A stretch of DNA of 63,997 nt, filler included, from Diploschistes diacapsis (Eukaryota): the NCBI GenBank assembly GCA_023645945.1. It is 5 parts of 5 records of this genome, joined end to end, with 100 filler letters (N's around TTAATTAATTAA, not from the genome) between each part and the next. Parts side by side here need not be neighbours in the genome. Positions count along the whole stretch, not along the records: positions 13,301 to 26,499 come from JALAIB010000682.1; positions 26,600 to 39,786 come from JALAIB010000683.1; 3 more parts are not named here. One strand, given 5' to 3'. Positions 26,038-36,618 of this stretch are shown one piece after another; the stretch's first letter is position 1; the number at the start of each line of letters is the position of its first letter. The notes below the pieces were generated by a model. That model saw only the letters and a list, made by a program, of their open reading frames with translations. It did no database searches and had not been told where the DNA came from. A program made the position numbers and the translations under genes.

Positions 26038-26499
26038 ATGACAAGCTCAGTGCCCAATTCGAATATACCTGCTTTCATTTATCCTCCGAACAAGATACTC
26101 AAACTTCGACCCCAGATTTCGGTATCTCTCCTACAACTATCTCGATACAGTGAACGCCTCTTGGACAAACACCAATCCTGCTGCGGAAACCGATTACAAG
26201 CTTCTTTTCACCTTCTGGTGGCGGAATAACGGTGAGTCAACCCTCGGCCTCGTGCAGAACACTACTGTCGCCCCTTCCGGATCCCACGAATACCAACTCA
26301 ACTTCGGCAACGCCTATCCCTTCGACGGCGTGCTCGAGCTATACTACCTATGGCCCAACGGCACCAATACCACAGGCCCAAACACGCAATGGTTCAACGT
26401 GACCCAGAACGAAAACCAACCCGCGCAGCTCTGGACCGCCCCACGATCCGCCACCTCCCCATCCTCCTCCACCCACGCCGCCAACTCCTCTTTCTCACC
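26038..26499 (+). CDS. Probable cell-surface/Ser-Thr-rich protein, apparent 5' frameshift, 3' truncated
   Basis: ATG 26038 frame (AFIYPPN) and second frame (SYNYLDTVNASWT...WFNVTQ then Ser/Thr-rich) overlap without a usable intron; many N-glycosylation sequons; coding-like codon bias. Confidence 0.45.
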
Positions 26500-26599
26500 N
26501 NNNNNNNNNNNNNNNNNNNNNNNNNNNNNNNNNNNNNNNNNNNTTAATTAATTAANNNNNNNNNNNNNNNNNNNNNNNNNNNNNNNNNNNNNNNNNNNN
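26500..26599. other. Artificial contig spacer
   Basis: N44-TTAATTAATTAA-N44. Confidence 0.97.
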
Positions 26600-27630
26600 C
26601 CATCACCCTGCCCCCCCAACCGCGCCCCTACTCCGCCCGCCTCCTCGACCTCCGGCTCTTCCACCAGTGGACCTCCTCCACCTCGCACACCTACGCCTCC
26701 TACCTGCAGCATCCCATCTTAGACGCCTGGATGTCCCACATGCCCACCCTCGCCTTCACCTACGAGTTCCTGCTCGACTTCATGCTCGCCTTCGCCGCCC
26801 TGCACCTCTGGCGCCTGGACCCGGTGACCAACGCCGACCTGCGCGCCGCCTACTTCTTCTACATCGCGTCCGCCAGCTCCGCACACCGCGACGCCCTGCT
26901 GCGCGGCGTGTCGCCCGACAACGCGCAGCCGCTGTTCATCGCGTCGATGATGACGAACCTGCAGGCGAAGGTGCTGCCCCTGCTGAGGGGAAGCGAGGAG
27001 AGGTACGAGATGCCGCTGACGATGTTCAGCCTGATCAAGGGCGTTGTGGCCACGTATGATTTGATTGTGCCGTTCATTGACGAGGCGGACATGCGGCAGA
27101 TTGCGGACCTCGGGCCCATGCTGTATCCGGACGGGGTCGATCTCGAGCAGCTCGGTTTCCTGCCGGCGGACCAGCGCGAGGACGTCGAGATGCTGCTGCG
27201 CGCTATTGATGACGTTGCTGCGGCGGAGGAAGCGCAGACGCGGGGCTCGACGCCGGCGCCGGCACCGGGATCAGAGCATCGGGGGAGGCAGGGTAAGAGC
27301 CCGCACACGAGCCTCCGCTCGACGCTCCGCGGCACGCTGTGTCTGTTGGTGAGCATCCAGTTCGGCTGGGCGGCGCACGAGCCGGAGACGTGGACGCTGA
27401 GGCGCATCAACCATTTCACGTGGAAGGTGCCGGATGCGTTTGTGGAGCTGCTGGAGAGGCAACATCCGGTGGCTATGGCCATTTTTGCAAGGTATTTCTT
27501 GCAGCTGAGGGGGCGGAACGAGTGGTTCCTCCAGGGCATCGCGAAGAGGGAGGTTGGGGGGATTGCGGGCCTGATGCCGGAGGAGAAGGAATGGTTGATG
27601 GGCTATCCGCTGGGAGTTGTTGGGGATTGA
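26600..27630 (+). CDS. C-terminal domain of a Zn2Cys6-type (Upc2/sterol-uptake-like) transcription factor, 5' truncated
   Basis: Open from contig start: RLLDLRLFHQWTSSTSHT...AWMSHMPTLAFTYEFLLDFMLAFAALHL...PDAFVELLERQHPVAMAIFARY...WLMGYP. The zinc cluster itself is not in the window. Confidence 0.75.
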
Positions 27631-28572
27631 GGGAGGCCCTAGATTGATGGTTTATTGTGGCAGGTGCAGGTAATGTTGTACTATGTAAGCAAGTTTCTTT
27701 GCCTACCGTTGTATCAAGGGCGGATGCTGATTCAGTTGTGGTTAGGAACATCCGCCATGTCAAAAAAACAAAACTCAAAACATCAAAACCTTTCCCCCCT
27801 CTCCAAGGAGAGGAGGGCAGGAGAACTGTGGGACAAGCACTGTTTTTTTCGGAGGGTGGTTATGCTGGTACCCTGAGGTTTGAATATTTGGTGAGTGTTG
27901 GTTAGATATCGGTCATCTCGTCGGATGAGGTCTTGCCACCTCTGAGGATCGAACCGGGGGTAATTGCTGGTCCGAACCCGCGGTTTTGTTGTTTAAGAAA
28001 GGCCGCCTGAGTTTGACCTGAGCCCTTTCCATTGAGCCGCCCCTCAGTTGAAGACACAGGCAATATTATATGATATATATTGGCAAGTCAATCAGCAATA
28101 AATGCTGACCATAAGAATTGAGATAAGAATTTATGTCAGAGATATTATAACCTCTGACTGACTACTTAGTTGCCAGTGAGGCCGCTCAAAGCTGCGTGTC
28201 CTCTAGCGCCTCCTCTCTGTGAGAGGGAAAACCACGAGGTCACGTGAAGAAGGGGAGGAAGAACCCATTCAGTCAGTCTGTCTTTCATCCATACGATGGT
28301 ACTTATCAAGTTCAACCTCAGAATCTCTTTTCAATCTGCGTATAAGGGATGCTTTTGCCTGATTGGATAAAAAAACTATCCACAACACTCCTATTACATT
28401 TATGCTGCTAAGCAGGGCAACAAAGGACTACGCTACTGAAATATATCTAATACAAGGTCAAAATTTACCACATTCAGAGTGTGCTGATACTGCTCCTACA
28501 TACCTAGGCTTTTTCAACCCTTCACCTACCTTACCTATTTGATCCCCGCTCATCATCCGCTTTTCTTCTACT

Positions 28573-29450
28573 CTAATCTGCACTCCATGTCCGAGCCTCA
28601 TCCTCAGCAACAGCTCCCCTCTTCAAAAGCTCTTTCTGAATCTCTCTATATCTCTCTTCCCATAGCCTGTTACCGTTACCGGTATCCTGGCAAGCCCGAT
28701 ACAGCGGAGTCGCTGCGCCACCTTTCGCGGCATTAACGTCAGTGCCATACACAAGCAGCAGCTTGACTACCTGTACGTCCGAGCCCTTTACGGCGTACCA
28801 GAGAGGACTCTGGAAGGGGAGCTTCTGGCTGCAGCTAAAGGGTAAGGGGTCCGTTTTTATCTCATGCACCACAGTTGGAGATGACGATCGCGCCATCCTC
28901 GTGGTTTTCACGCTTGCTTGGTCTGCCACGTCTCGGCCCCGATGGAAATGAGGCGGATTCGTCCTTCAAACTGTCACGCTGAAACTGATCAGGGTGGCGC
29001 CTTGCAAAGGCGAAGAGCGTGGGTGCATCGCCGCGTGAGTTGGCACGTTTACCGAGGATGAGGGGCTTTTCCTGAAAAGAGCGCAGGGTACCCTCCAATA
29101 GGGCAGACGCTGAGGTGCTCCGGCCAAGCGCTCGTGCCATACTGTAACCGCCGCGCAAGACTCGCCTGCTGATCTACACTACCGTTACGATTATAGCTAT
29201 GTACTCCACCGGCAACGTCTGCAAGGGCTTTCCGCCCACGCACAAAAGCCGATGTGAAGGCTAGTATCCGGCTTTTTCTCAGGCGGCTCGTTTTCGAGCA
29301 CAGCGGCATCTTTTTTGCGTTTGCAGCCGTTCTCCGTGTTCGACTTCGTGGGATCGATTCTAGGAGGATCCACGACGGATAAGCGTGGAGAGGCAAGAGG
29401 TTGGGTGCAGGAGAAAAAAACAAGGTGACCACGGTTCTGCAGCGTGTGAA
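28573..29450 (-). pseudogene. Ankyrin-repeat gene remnant
   Basis: SPLWYAVKGSDVQVVKLLLVYGTDVNAAKGGAATPLYRAC in 28573..28929; upstream fragments (e.g. DTSLHIG) lie in other frames with stops. Confidence 0.55.
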
Positions 29451-30092
29451 CAATGGCGCATGAGGGGCAATGAAGCCAATAAGTCAATGAGTGCTACTGC
29501 ATAATCCGTTTCAGGCTTCCAAGGATCGCAAAGCGCGCATATAGGTCACATAGGTCCCTCCACCCCCGGATGTTTTGCCCGCCCGAGGGGAAGCCAATGC
29601 CTCAATTTGACTGGATTGGAAGCCACGTATGATGCCCAGATCATCGCCCTCGTGGTGGGGATTCTGGGACCTCCAGAGGTTATCTCAAGCGTCAAAACAC
29701 CAGCGCATCTGCTCATGCCATTTCTTTCCCCTCTACTCTGCCCAGAAACCCTCAATGAGGCCGAATTTCGGTATATTCAGCATCTTCATCGGCGAGACGC
29801 CACCGCATGGTTTTAAAATGCTCCAGAGGAAGGGCGTACGTCTTATTCAAGTATGGCTTTTGTTCTTTGGGAGCGAGTGTTAAAATGAGAGGCTAGCACG
29901 ATTATCTTTGGCCCACTCCATCCAATCATTGCTACAATCATTTGCTAGGTGCCGTCGTTCCTGGAAACCTTGGCGCAAATGTGGGGCTACGGGTTGGCGC
30001 CAAAGCGTGGCGTGTCCCAATCCTTCCATTTCAGAACCTCTTTCCCTTTTATTTAGTCCCCTCATCACCCGCCAATAAATTTTTCTTTCAAC

Positions 30093-31640
30093 ATGAGCTG
30101 CGATGTCGTACCGTCCAACCCGATGAAGCCTGGGAAGCGAGCACGCGAAGACCACAACCCAGATGATAACCCACCACTTCGAAAGCGCAAACAACATTGT
30201 TCACAGTTCGAATCGTCGCCGTTCAGTCCTCCACCTGCACAACGGCGAGAACCGTCGCTGCCGACTCCCCCATCCACCGCCTCGCCTAAATACAAAGACC
30301 CACAGACGAGCTCCAAGGCACGCAGGCCGTCCCCTAGAGCGTCACCGGAGTCTGAACCGAGGGCTCCCAAACGACTCTTCGAACCAGACGACGACGCACC
30401 TGCTCCCACCGCCAAGCGTCCTCGTCGGCATTCGTCGTCCGAGCGCCCGAATAACTGGTTCCTCGACACCTGGATAAAGGTCGACTGTCCATTGATATCA
30501 GCGCAGGAGGCGGCCAAGACCCTTGACATCATGCCCACAACCGAGACAGCCGAAGATGATGAGCAAATGTCGCAGCAGCAAGATGCAGATGGCACAGCGG
30601 GCTCGCTGTCGGTGCAAAGCGAGAGGCTCAACACATCCAACCCCATGTTTCGCGGGCTTCTAAGGGCATACAGCATCATCATAGACAACTCCGGCAGGAG
30701 GATACCACGGGCCGTGCAAGAGCTGGTCACCAAGCACATCCGGAAGCAGCGTGACTCACCACGGCTGGGCGAGGAGCAGGTGGACGCGGTCATCGACCTC
30801 GTCGGGAAGGTTTGGGACAGTGCCGAGCCCAAGGTGTCGGATATCGTCAAGGGCCCTCTCTTCCCTTTGGAGCATGATGAACTCGAGGAGGGGCGGGACC
30901 TTCTCTGGTCCACCCTGCCTATACGTGGAGGCGGCAAATCCAAATACCCGTACGCGCTCCCTGCGCCCAAGACAGACCGCCACTACGGATTCCCCACTAC
31001 CAGGACGTCGACCTGGTCCTGGGACGAGCTCGGAGCCGCGGACCACACGGTCGTACGGCCCTACTCACAACCGACGCGCGAGAACATCTTCCCTTCGTTC
31101 CTCTTCGAGATCAAGTCCGAGTCGAGCCGGGGCACCTTGTACGGGGCGGAGGGCCAACTAGCGCTGGCGGGCTACCACTGCGTGCGCTCGTGGCTGTGGG
31201 TGCTAGACCACGTTGCTTCGAAGCGGGAGCGCAAAGCCACCGACGCTATGGTGTTCTCGTGCGCCGTCAGCCAGCGCGAGGCCGTTGCGCACGTCCACTA
31301 CTACAACCCCGAGGACAACATGCACTACATGTCGTACATCGACAGCTTCTACTATATGCGCGACTCACAGAATTGCGTGGATCATGTCAAGAATGTGGTG
31401 GAGTGGCTCGTCAAAATACAGCAGCCGATTATACGGGATGCTTTGGCCAAGCTGCACCCCATGACGGTGCTTTGGAAGAAGAGGAAGTCGGAGAGGTCAG
31501 AGTCGTTTAGGAGTGAGGGGGGGAGGTCGAGCAAGAGTCAGAAGACTAATCAATCGAGCAAGAGTCAGAAGACTAGTCAGTCGAGCAAGAGTCAGAAGAC
31601 TAATCAGTCGAGCAAGAGCCAGAGGACGGATCCGCTTTAG
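30093..31640 (+). CDS. Intronless PD-(D/E)XK-like nuclease-fold protein (DUF7924-like)
   Basis: 515 aa; basic Pro-rich N-terminus with NLS-like RKRK/KRPRR; core LPAPKTDRHYGF...FPSFLFEIKS...AEGQLALAG...FSCAVS...HVHY. Confidence 0.7.
   Translation: MSCDVVPSNPMKPGKRAREDHNPDDNPPLRKRKQHCSQFESSPFSPPPAQRREPSLPTPPSTASPKYKDPQTSSKARRPSPRASPESEPRAPKRLFEPDDDAPAPTAKRPRRHSSSERPNNWFLDTWIKVDCPLISAQEAAKTLDIMPTTETAEDDEQMSQQQDADGTAGSLSVQSERLNTSNPMFRGLLRAYSIIIDNSGRRIPRAVQELVTKHIRKQRDSPRLGEEQVDAVIDLVGKVWDSAEPKVSDIVKGPLFPLEHDELEEGRDLLWSTLPIRGGGKSKYPYALPAPKTDRHYGFPTTRTSTWSWDELGAADHTVVRPYSQPTRENIFPSFLFEIKSESSRGTLYGAEGQLALAGYHCVRSWLWVLDHVASKRERKATDAMVFSCAVSQREAVAHVHYYNPEDNMHYMSYIDSFYYMRDSQNCVDHVKNVVEWLVKIQQPIIRDALAKLHPMTVLWKKRKSERSESFRSEGGRSSKSQKTNQSSKSQKTSQSSKSQKTNQSSKSQRTDPL
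31527..31628 (+). repeat. 27-bp coding tandem repeat (SSKSQKTNQ) x4
   Basis: TCGAGCAAGAGTCAGAAGACTAATCAA units start at 31527, 31554, 31581, 31608. Confidence 0.92.
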
Positions 31641-32174
31641 CTATGGATGTTCAACGACATTGCTTAGCATCATGTTCCAAGGGTTCGAGGTCAGTCATAC
31701 GAGCAGTGGGCAAGAGGCTGGCTAGGATTGCGCGAAGTAGCCCATCGAGCCATGCGATCACCAAGCTCGTGGCCGGTAGTGACTGGGAGTGAGCATCTGC
31801 CGAGCCATCCTGCTCTTGTTCCCTTCAAGGGGCTAAATCCTTCGCTCGTCTCATGCAGAGCTACCAGCCTCTCACAGCTCATGCGCCCTCGCAGTCGGGT
31901 TAACCACTGATTGGTGTCAGCTGCTGCTGATGATGTCTACCATGTCATGCCTCGAGCTGCCAAAACTGAGAAAATCGTGCACCCAACAGACTCCTTTGGG
32001 TCAGACAGAGGGCCGTGTTACGCGCCGTCCCTCCCTCGCGCTGATGCATCGAGCCTGAAGACTCTTTGCCTGCTCTTTCGCTCAAACTCCGCCACCCACA
32101 CATTGACAATTCCCAAGTTTTGGGCTTCGATAACCATTGCTGACATTTGGGCGTACGCATAAGGAATGACCACA

Positions 32175-32975
32175 TTACATAGACACATAAACCTTTTCAT
32201 CACTCTCAGAGTGACGCATGTTAAGCCTCTGCCTCAGCCTTAGGGAGGACATAACCAAGGCCGCAGGAGCGAAGCCGCCAACAATCGACCCCGCGATAGC
32301 ACCGATCTGCAGAGTGCTCAACGACGACCCACTTCCTGCGGCCGAAGCCGTGCCTGGGGCGGAAGCAGGCGCAGAAGTTGGCACAAAACTCGCTGTAGGC
32401 GACGGAAGTACAACGGTCGGAAAAGCTTCCGACACAAGCTGCGACAGGTTGATAGTCTGCAGAAGCTCGGAACAGACCGTGCTGCTCGTACTACTATCGC
32501 GGCCGGCTGAGATGCTGGTGTTGCCTGTGCTGCTCTGTTGCAGAAGCGCTTGGCAGAGAGACAGCAGTGCGACTTGGTTAGCTAGGAACGAAGCGGAGAT
32601 GGCTTGCTGAGACAAGTCGTTCGCCGTATTGGCCTGGCCAATGGCATATTGGGTGGAGTAGTATGCCAGAATTGAATAGACGCCAAAGAGCACAGCGGCG
32701 AAGATGGCGAGCAGTTGGCAGGCCCAGTTGAAGAAGATTTCGAGTCGAGTCGGGTTGACAGACAACCTGACGATGGGGTTGTTGTCTTTGACGGGTAAAC
32801 CTAAGGCGGGGGCTGCATTCTCATTCCTGACGCCATAACTGACATCCGTTTTCCTCTCTTTATCCGTCCTCGATACTGCAGCGATGCGCCGACCGTCTAA
32901 AACTTCCCTAGCAGAAAACGAAGTGGTATTGGAACTCCGAGCGTCATGGCCAGCATTAGGTTTTTCTTCGTTCAT
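32175..32975 (-). CDS. Hypothetical two-TM membrane protein
   Basis: Hydrophobic LLAIFAAVLFGVYSILAYY, ANQVALLSLCQ, Ser/Thr/Pro/Ala linker, second TM IGAIAGSIVGGFAPAALVM followed by basic residues. Confidence 0.65.
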   Translation of the reverse strand: MNEEKPNAGHDARSSNTTSFSAREVLDGRRIAAVSRTDKERKTDVSYGVRNENAAPALGLPVKDNNPIVRLSVNPTRLEIFFNWACQLLAIFAAVLFGVYSILAYYSTQYAIGQANTANDLSQQAISASFLANQVALLSLCQALLQQSSTGNTSISAGRDSSTSSTVCSELLQTINLSQLVSEAFPTVVLPSPTASFVPTSAPASAPGTASAAGSGSSLSTLQIGAIAGSIVGGFAPAALVMSSLRLRQRLNMRHSESDEKVYVSM

Positions 32976-33756
32976 TATTGATCTAAAACTGCAGCATGAG
33001 GCTCTGCTAAACACTGCTAAAATAAAACTGACGTTATAACATAGATCTGGCTGCGTGCATGTTTTTCTGGGTCCTACGAATCGCGCTTGTTGTCACTGTA
33101 GAATAGATGAAAGAAATCAATTTCGATACTAGGGTCAGGAAAGTAGGAGATTTTGTGGCTCAGGGAATACGTATTCATCGAGTAACAGTGAACGCCGACA
33201 TCAAGGAACGCAAGGCTGAAAACCAAAGGTGATTTCAGCTGGGTGAGTATGCTAATACCAATATCGTTGAAACTTCTCGCCGCAAGCATAATAGCGTCTT
33301 GATGCATTTTTGGACCTTTTCGGCCTGGAAAAGCGCATCTCAGTGTATCTGGGAGTCGCGATCATGCTTAAACCAAGGACGATATCCTGGTTGTGGGTAG
33401 TAGTGCTTAAACGTCGTGATACACTGTTATTGGTAGAAGGTACAGCTTGACTTTCAAAAACCATATCCCGGAGTGGTAGCTTGACAGAAGCGCTATAAGC
33501 TGGCTTACTAGCATACTAATTCATCACATATGGATTTTTTTGCCATTAGTAGCGTGGGGTCCCTAAGGTAAGTCTTTGACAGCCAATCACAGATATCATA
33601 GCTGGGTGCAAGGATCGCTTAGCAAGACAAAGTTTCTTGTATGGGCAGCTTCAGCTAAGTTTTCACTTGAGGTAAGTTAATAATAGATCATTCTATAAGC
33701 GTTTTTGTCTTGAAATCTGGAAACTTCTTCTTATTCATCTGGCTCGTTGACTCCAA

Positions 33757-34590
33757 ATGGCTTCTCAGCGCCTTGAAGAGAAGGTAGCCCCCGTCACCGG
33801 CTCTTCTTCAGGACTAAGGCGTGCTATCGCATTTATAGATGCACGGGAGGGCGCTGTGCTTGCATGTGCTGATTTGCAAGCCTCGAATCCGTATGTCCCA
33901 AACGACACAGAGAATGACACCCATGACGTGATCAACCGCAACGGTGGAAAAGCCATCTTTATTAAGACTGAGGTTACCGATTCGGAGCAGATAAGCGGAC
34001 TTGTGGCTCAGACGGTCAAGCAATTTGGCCGCTTTGAAGCCACAAATCATACCCGTCAATAGCCGATATTTGTTTCTCGGCTGCCAGTACGCCATAGCGC
34101 AGATGCTCCAGCAAAAGCCGCACCCATCTGGTAACCGAGGATGGGTTGTCAATACGTCGTCTCTATAACTCGAGTGTTGCATTTCTCGGCGTTCCCGGTA
34201 GCTTATTTGACCTCGAGTCTTGACTGAGATTATTAACGTCCTTCTTCAGCCTCAAATACAGCTTCAAAAGGAGCCGTGAGCGCCCTCACTAGGTAGGTTG
34301 CCATAGAATACGCTGCAGACCGCATCCACTGCAATGCCATTTGTATGTACGTCAAGTATACAGTACGTTAAATCTCACTGACTATTCGAATAGTCACAAA
34401 TACGGCGATGATAGCGAATACTGTAAGTAGGAGTGAGGGCGCAGTGGATGCTTTCAGCAAACTTCATCCTGTGGGCGGCATCGGCAATCCTTGTATCGTT
34501 GCTAATGCGGCTGTCTTTTTTGCGAGCGACGACGTTAAATGGATCGCTAGTGCCGATTTTCCAGTTGATGGAGGCATCACGGCTCTGTAG
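33757..34590 (+). pseudogene. Short-chain dehydrogenase/reductase pseudogene
   Basis: KVAPVTGSSSGLRRAIA (degraded TGxxxGxG), missing NNAG segment, frameshift to CQYAIAQMLQQKPHPSGNRGWVVNTSS, YTASKGAVSALTR*VAIEYA with in-frame TAG, end FPVDGG. Confidence 0.8.
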
Positions 34591-34789
34591 TCGGAATCTA
34601 AGTGTTGGGGTCCGCTTATGCTGTGTCCTTATGTGTCGATATGCGTACATGTCACTCTCAGTTCCATAAGTTTGGGCAGTCGAGCAAAGGTGTATGCATT
34701 GTGCCCTCAAACGCCAAATTCCCGCTATCCCTGCATTGCTGCCTCTTGAGTATGGAAGCCTCATTCCCGATTTCGGTGTTATCCTCAAA

Positions 34790-35743
34790 TCATACTCTCC
34801 TCATTCCATATCCATTGGCTGCGGATCGCCCTTGTCTTTGCCTAGACCCCGAAGCGGTTAGGTTTTGAGGAGGATGCCGCGTCATGACGCCTGCAATCGA
34901 TAGCGAGATGATGATCACAAACTCCGGCAGCGCAGCCAAGAGGACCTGCTCTGCGATTGTTCCTCCAGTCAAGAAGCCCCAGGTGCTGTTGTCGATGGCG
35001 GCGCCGAGCAGCGAATACAATACACGTATACCGAGCAGAGGGGTGCAGAAGGTGAGGACAAGCAGAAGCTAGTATAATTAGCATTTGCTCGACCCCCGTA
35101 AGGCCAAGAGCTCCTGCGTCACTTACCTTTTTCTCCAGGTTCAGCATGCCCGCGGTCTTGTTCAAGGTGGTCACGAGAACGCAAAGAACCATCCATGTGA
35201 TAACGAAGATGGACAATCCCGCAACGACGATGTTGTCGCCAGGCTTTGGATTCTTAGCCGTGGGCTGGTCGTCGACGGCACCGAGAGCACCGGCGATGAC
35301 CAAGCCGATCGCCGTCCCCACCGCCAAGTGCAGAACGATCTGCATCGTCCAACCAAACAAGAAGGGGCGTTTGTGTCGAGTCGACGCCGTGCTGGGAAAA
35401 AGGCCGGCAGCTGTCAGCTCTCTTTCTTCCCCGTCCCCTGCTGCTAGAGGGCCCCAACATACCACTCATGCCACACCCCGAAGAACCCAAAGAACAGCGT
35501 CGACAGCGCGACCTGCGACAATATGCTCCCCACCTTCACCAGCGACGCCGACGTGGCGACCTTGATCATGATGTAGCCGATCGCGCGCAGCAGGCAGAAG
35601 TTCTGCAGGAAGAACCAGCCCAGCGCGCCGTTGGCGTTGTGCGTCAACAGGTTCAGAGTCATAACGGGCGCCTCGACGGCGAAGACGATGAGCTGCGCCC
35701 ACTGCAGACCGCTTACGGCGCCGGAGACGGGGACGAGGGACAT
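34790..35743 (-). CDS. Multi-pass fungal membrane protein (DUF7702-like), 3 exons
   Basis: AQLIVFAVEAP..GWFFLQNFCLLRAIG..; introns near 35462 and 35125; last exon RVLYSLLG...LAALPEFVIII; about seven hydrophobic segments. Confidence 0.7.
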
Positions 35744-36618
35744 CTTGGGGGCCGGAGGGGAAGCGAAGGGATAGAACGGAGGAGCAAGGCGGGAAAAGGG
35801 ATAGATGGTTACGAGATATGGGGATGTTGAAGGCAGTAAGTAAAGATGATGGAATGGGGTGCAAAGCCAATAAGCAACGAAATTCGTGGATTCGAGAGAG
35901 ATAAAAGGTCCAGCCTCAACTTCACCTTTAGCGGAACGAGCATCTATATACACTACATGAGGTGCACGGTTTCTATGACTCCGCCTTGACGGCGCGCAAA
36001 CGCATCGAAGGTTCAATGCCCCCTTTCCCCTTCCTTCCCGTAAGTGAGCCCACGCGGCCTTCCTTCTCGCATTCGCTCGCATGGCTCGTTTTCGGAACGA
36101 GAAAGCGAGGAGCGAGATAAGATTAGATCTTCTGGCGTGATTGGCTGATTATGTGATACTTGCCCGACGTAGCGCGGAATTGGCTTCCTACAACCCGCAG
36201 CGCGGGTTGGAACGCTAAGATCTCGGTTAGGATGATGGTTCAAAGCCGGTGACTGGGCATTTCAGTAACGCTAACGTTTTCCGGATGGTTGTGGTAGTTC
36301 AAGGAGCTAATATCAATATCGGTCACAGCTGCTTTTGGATACCAAGTGGCGCCGACTGTGCCTGGCTTCAATTATAATCTAGAGACGTTAGATATCAGAA
36401 GCACGAAGGTGGAGGAATCAATGGATTGGTCACCGTCTGGTGTCTACTAACAATGTAGGAGCTGTTGCTGAGGTGCCTGTGTGCACACACACAATATGCT
36501 TTTGGGGGTGCGCTATATAGGCATTAGCAAATATGGTGAGGAATGGGATACTATGAATTCGAGGAGTGCGCTGACTATATATAGTAGATAGCCTAGTAAT
36601 AGCATTTACTAAAAATTA

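Noticed and set aside
30065..30970. 301-aa antisense ORF (and similar antisense ORFs over UGGT, GH5 and the TF fragment)
   Set aside because: Expected shadows of GC-rich coding sequence; no motifs of their own.
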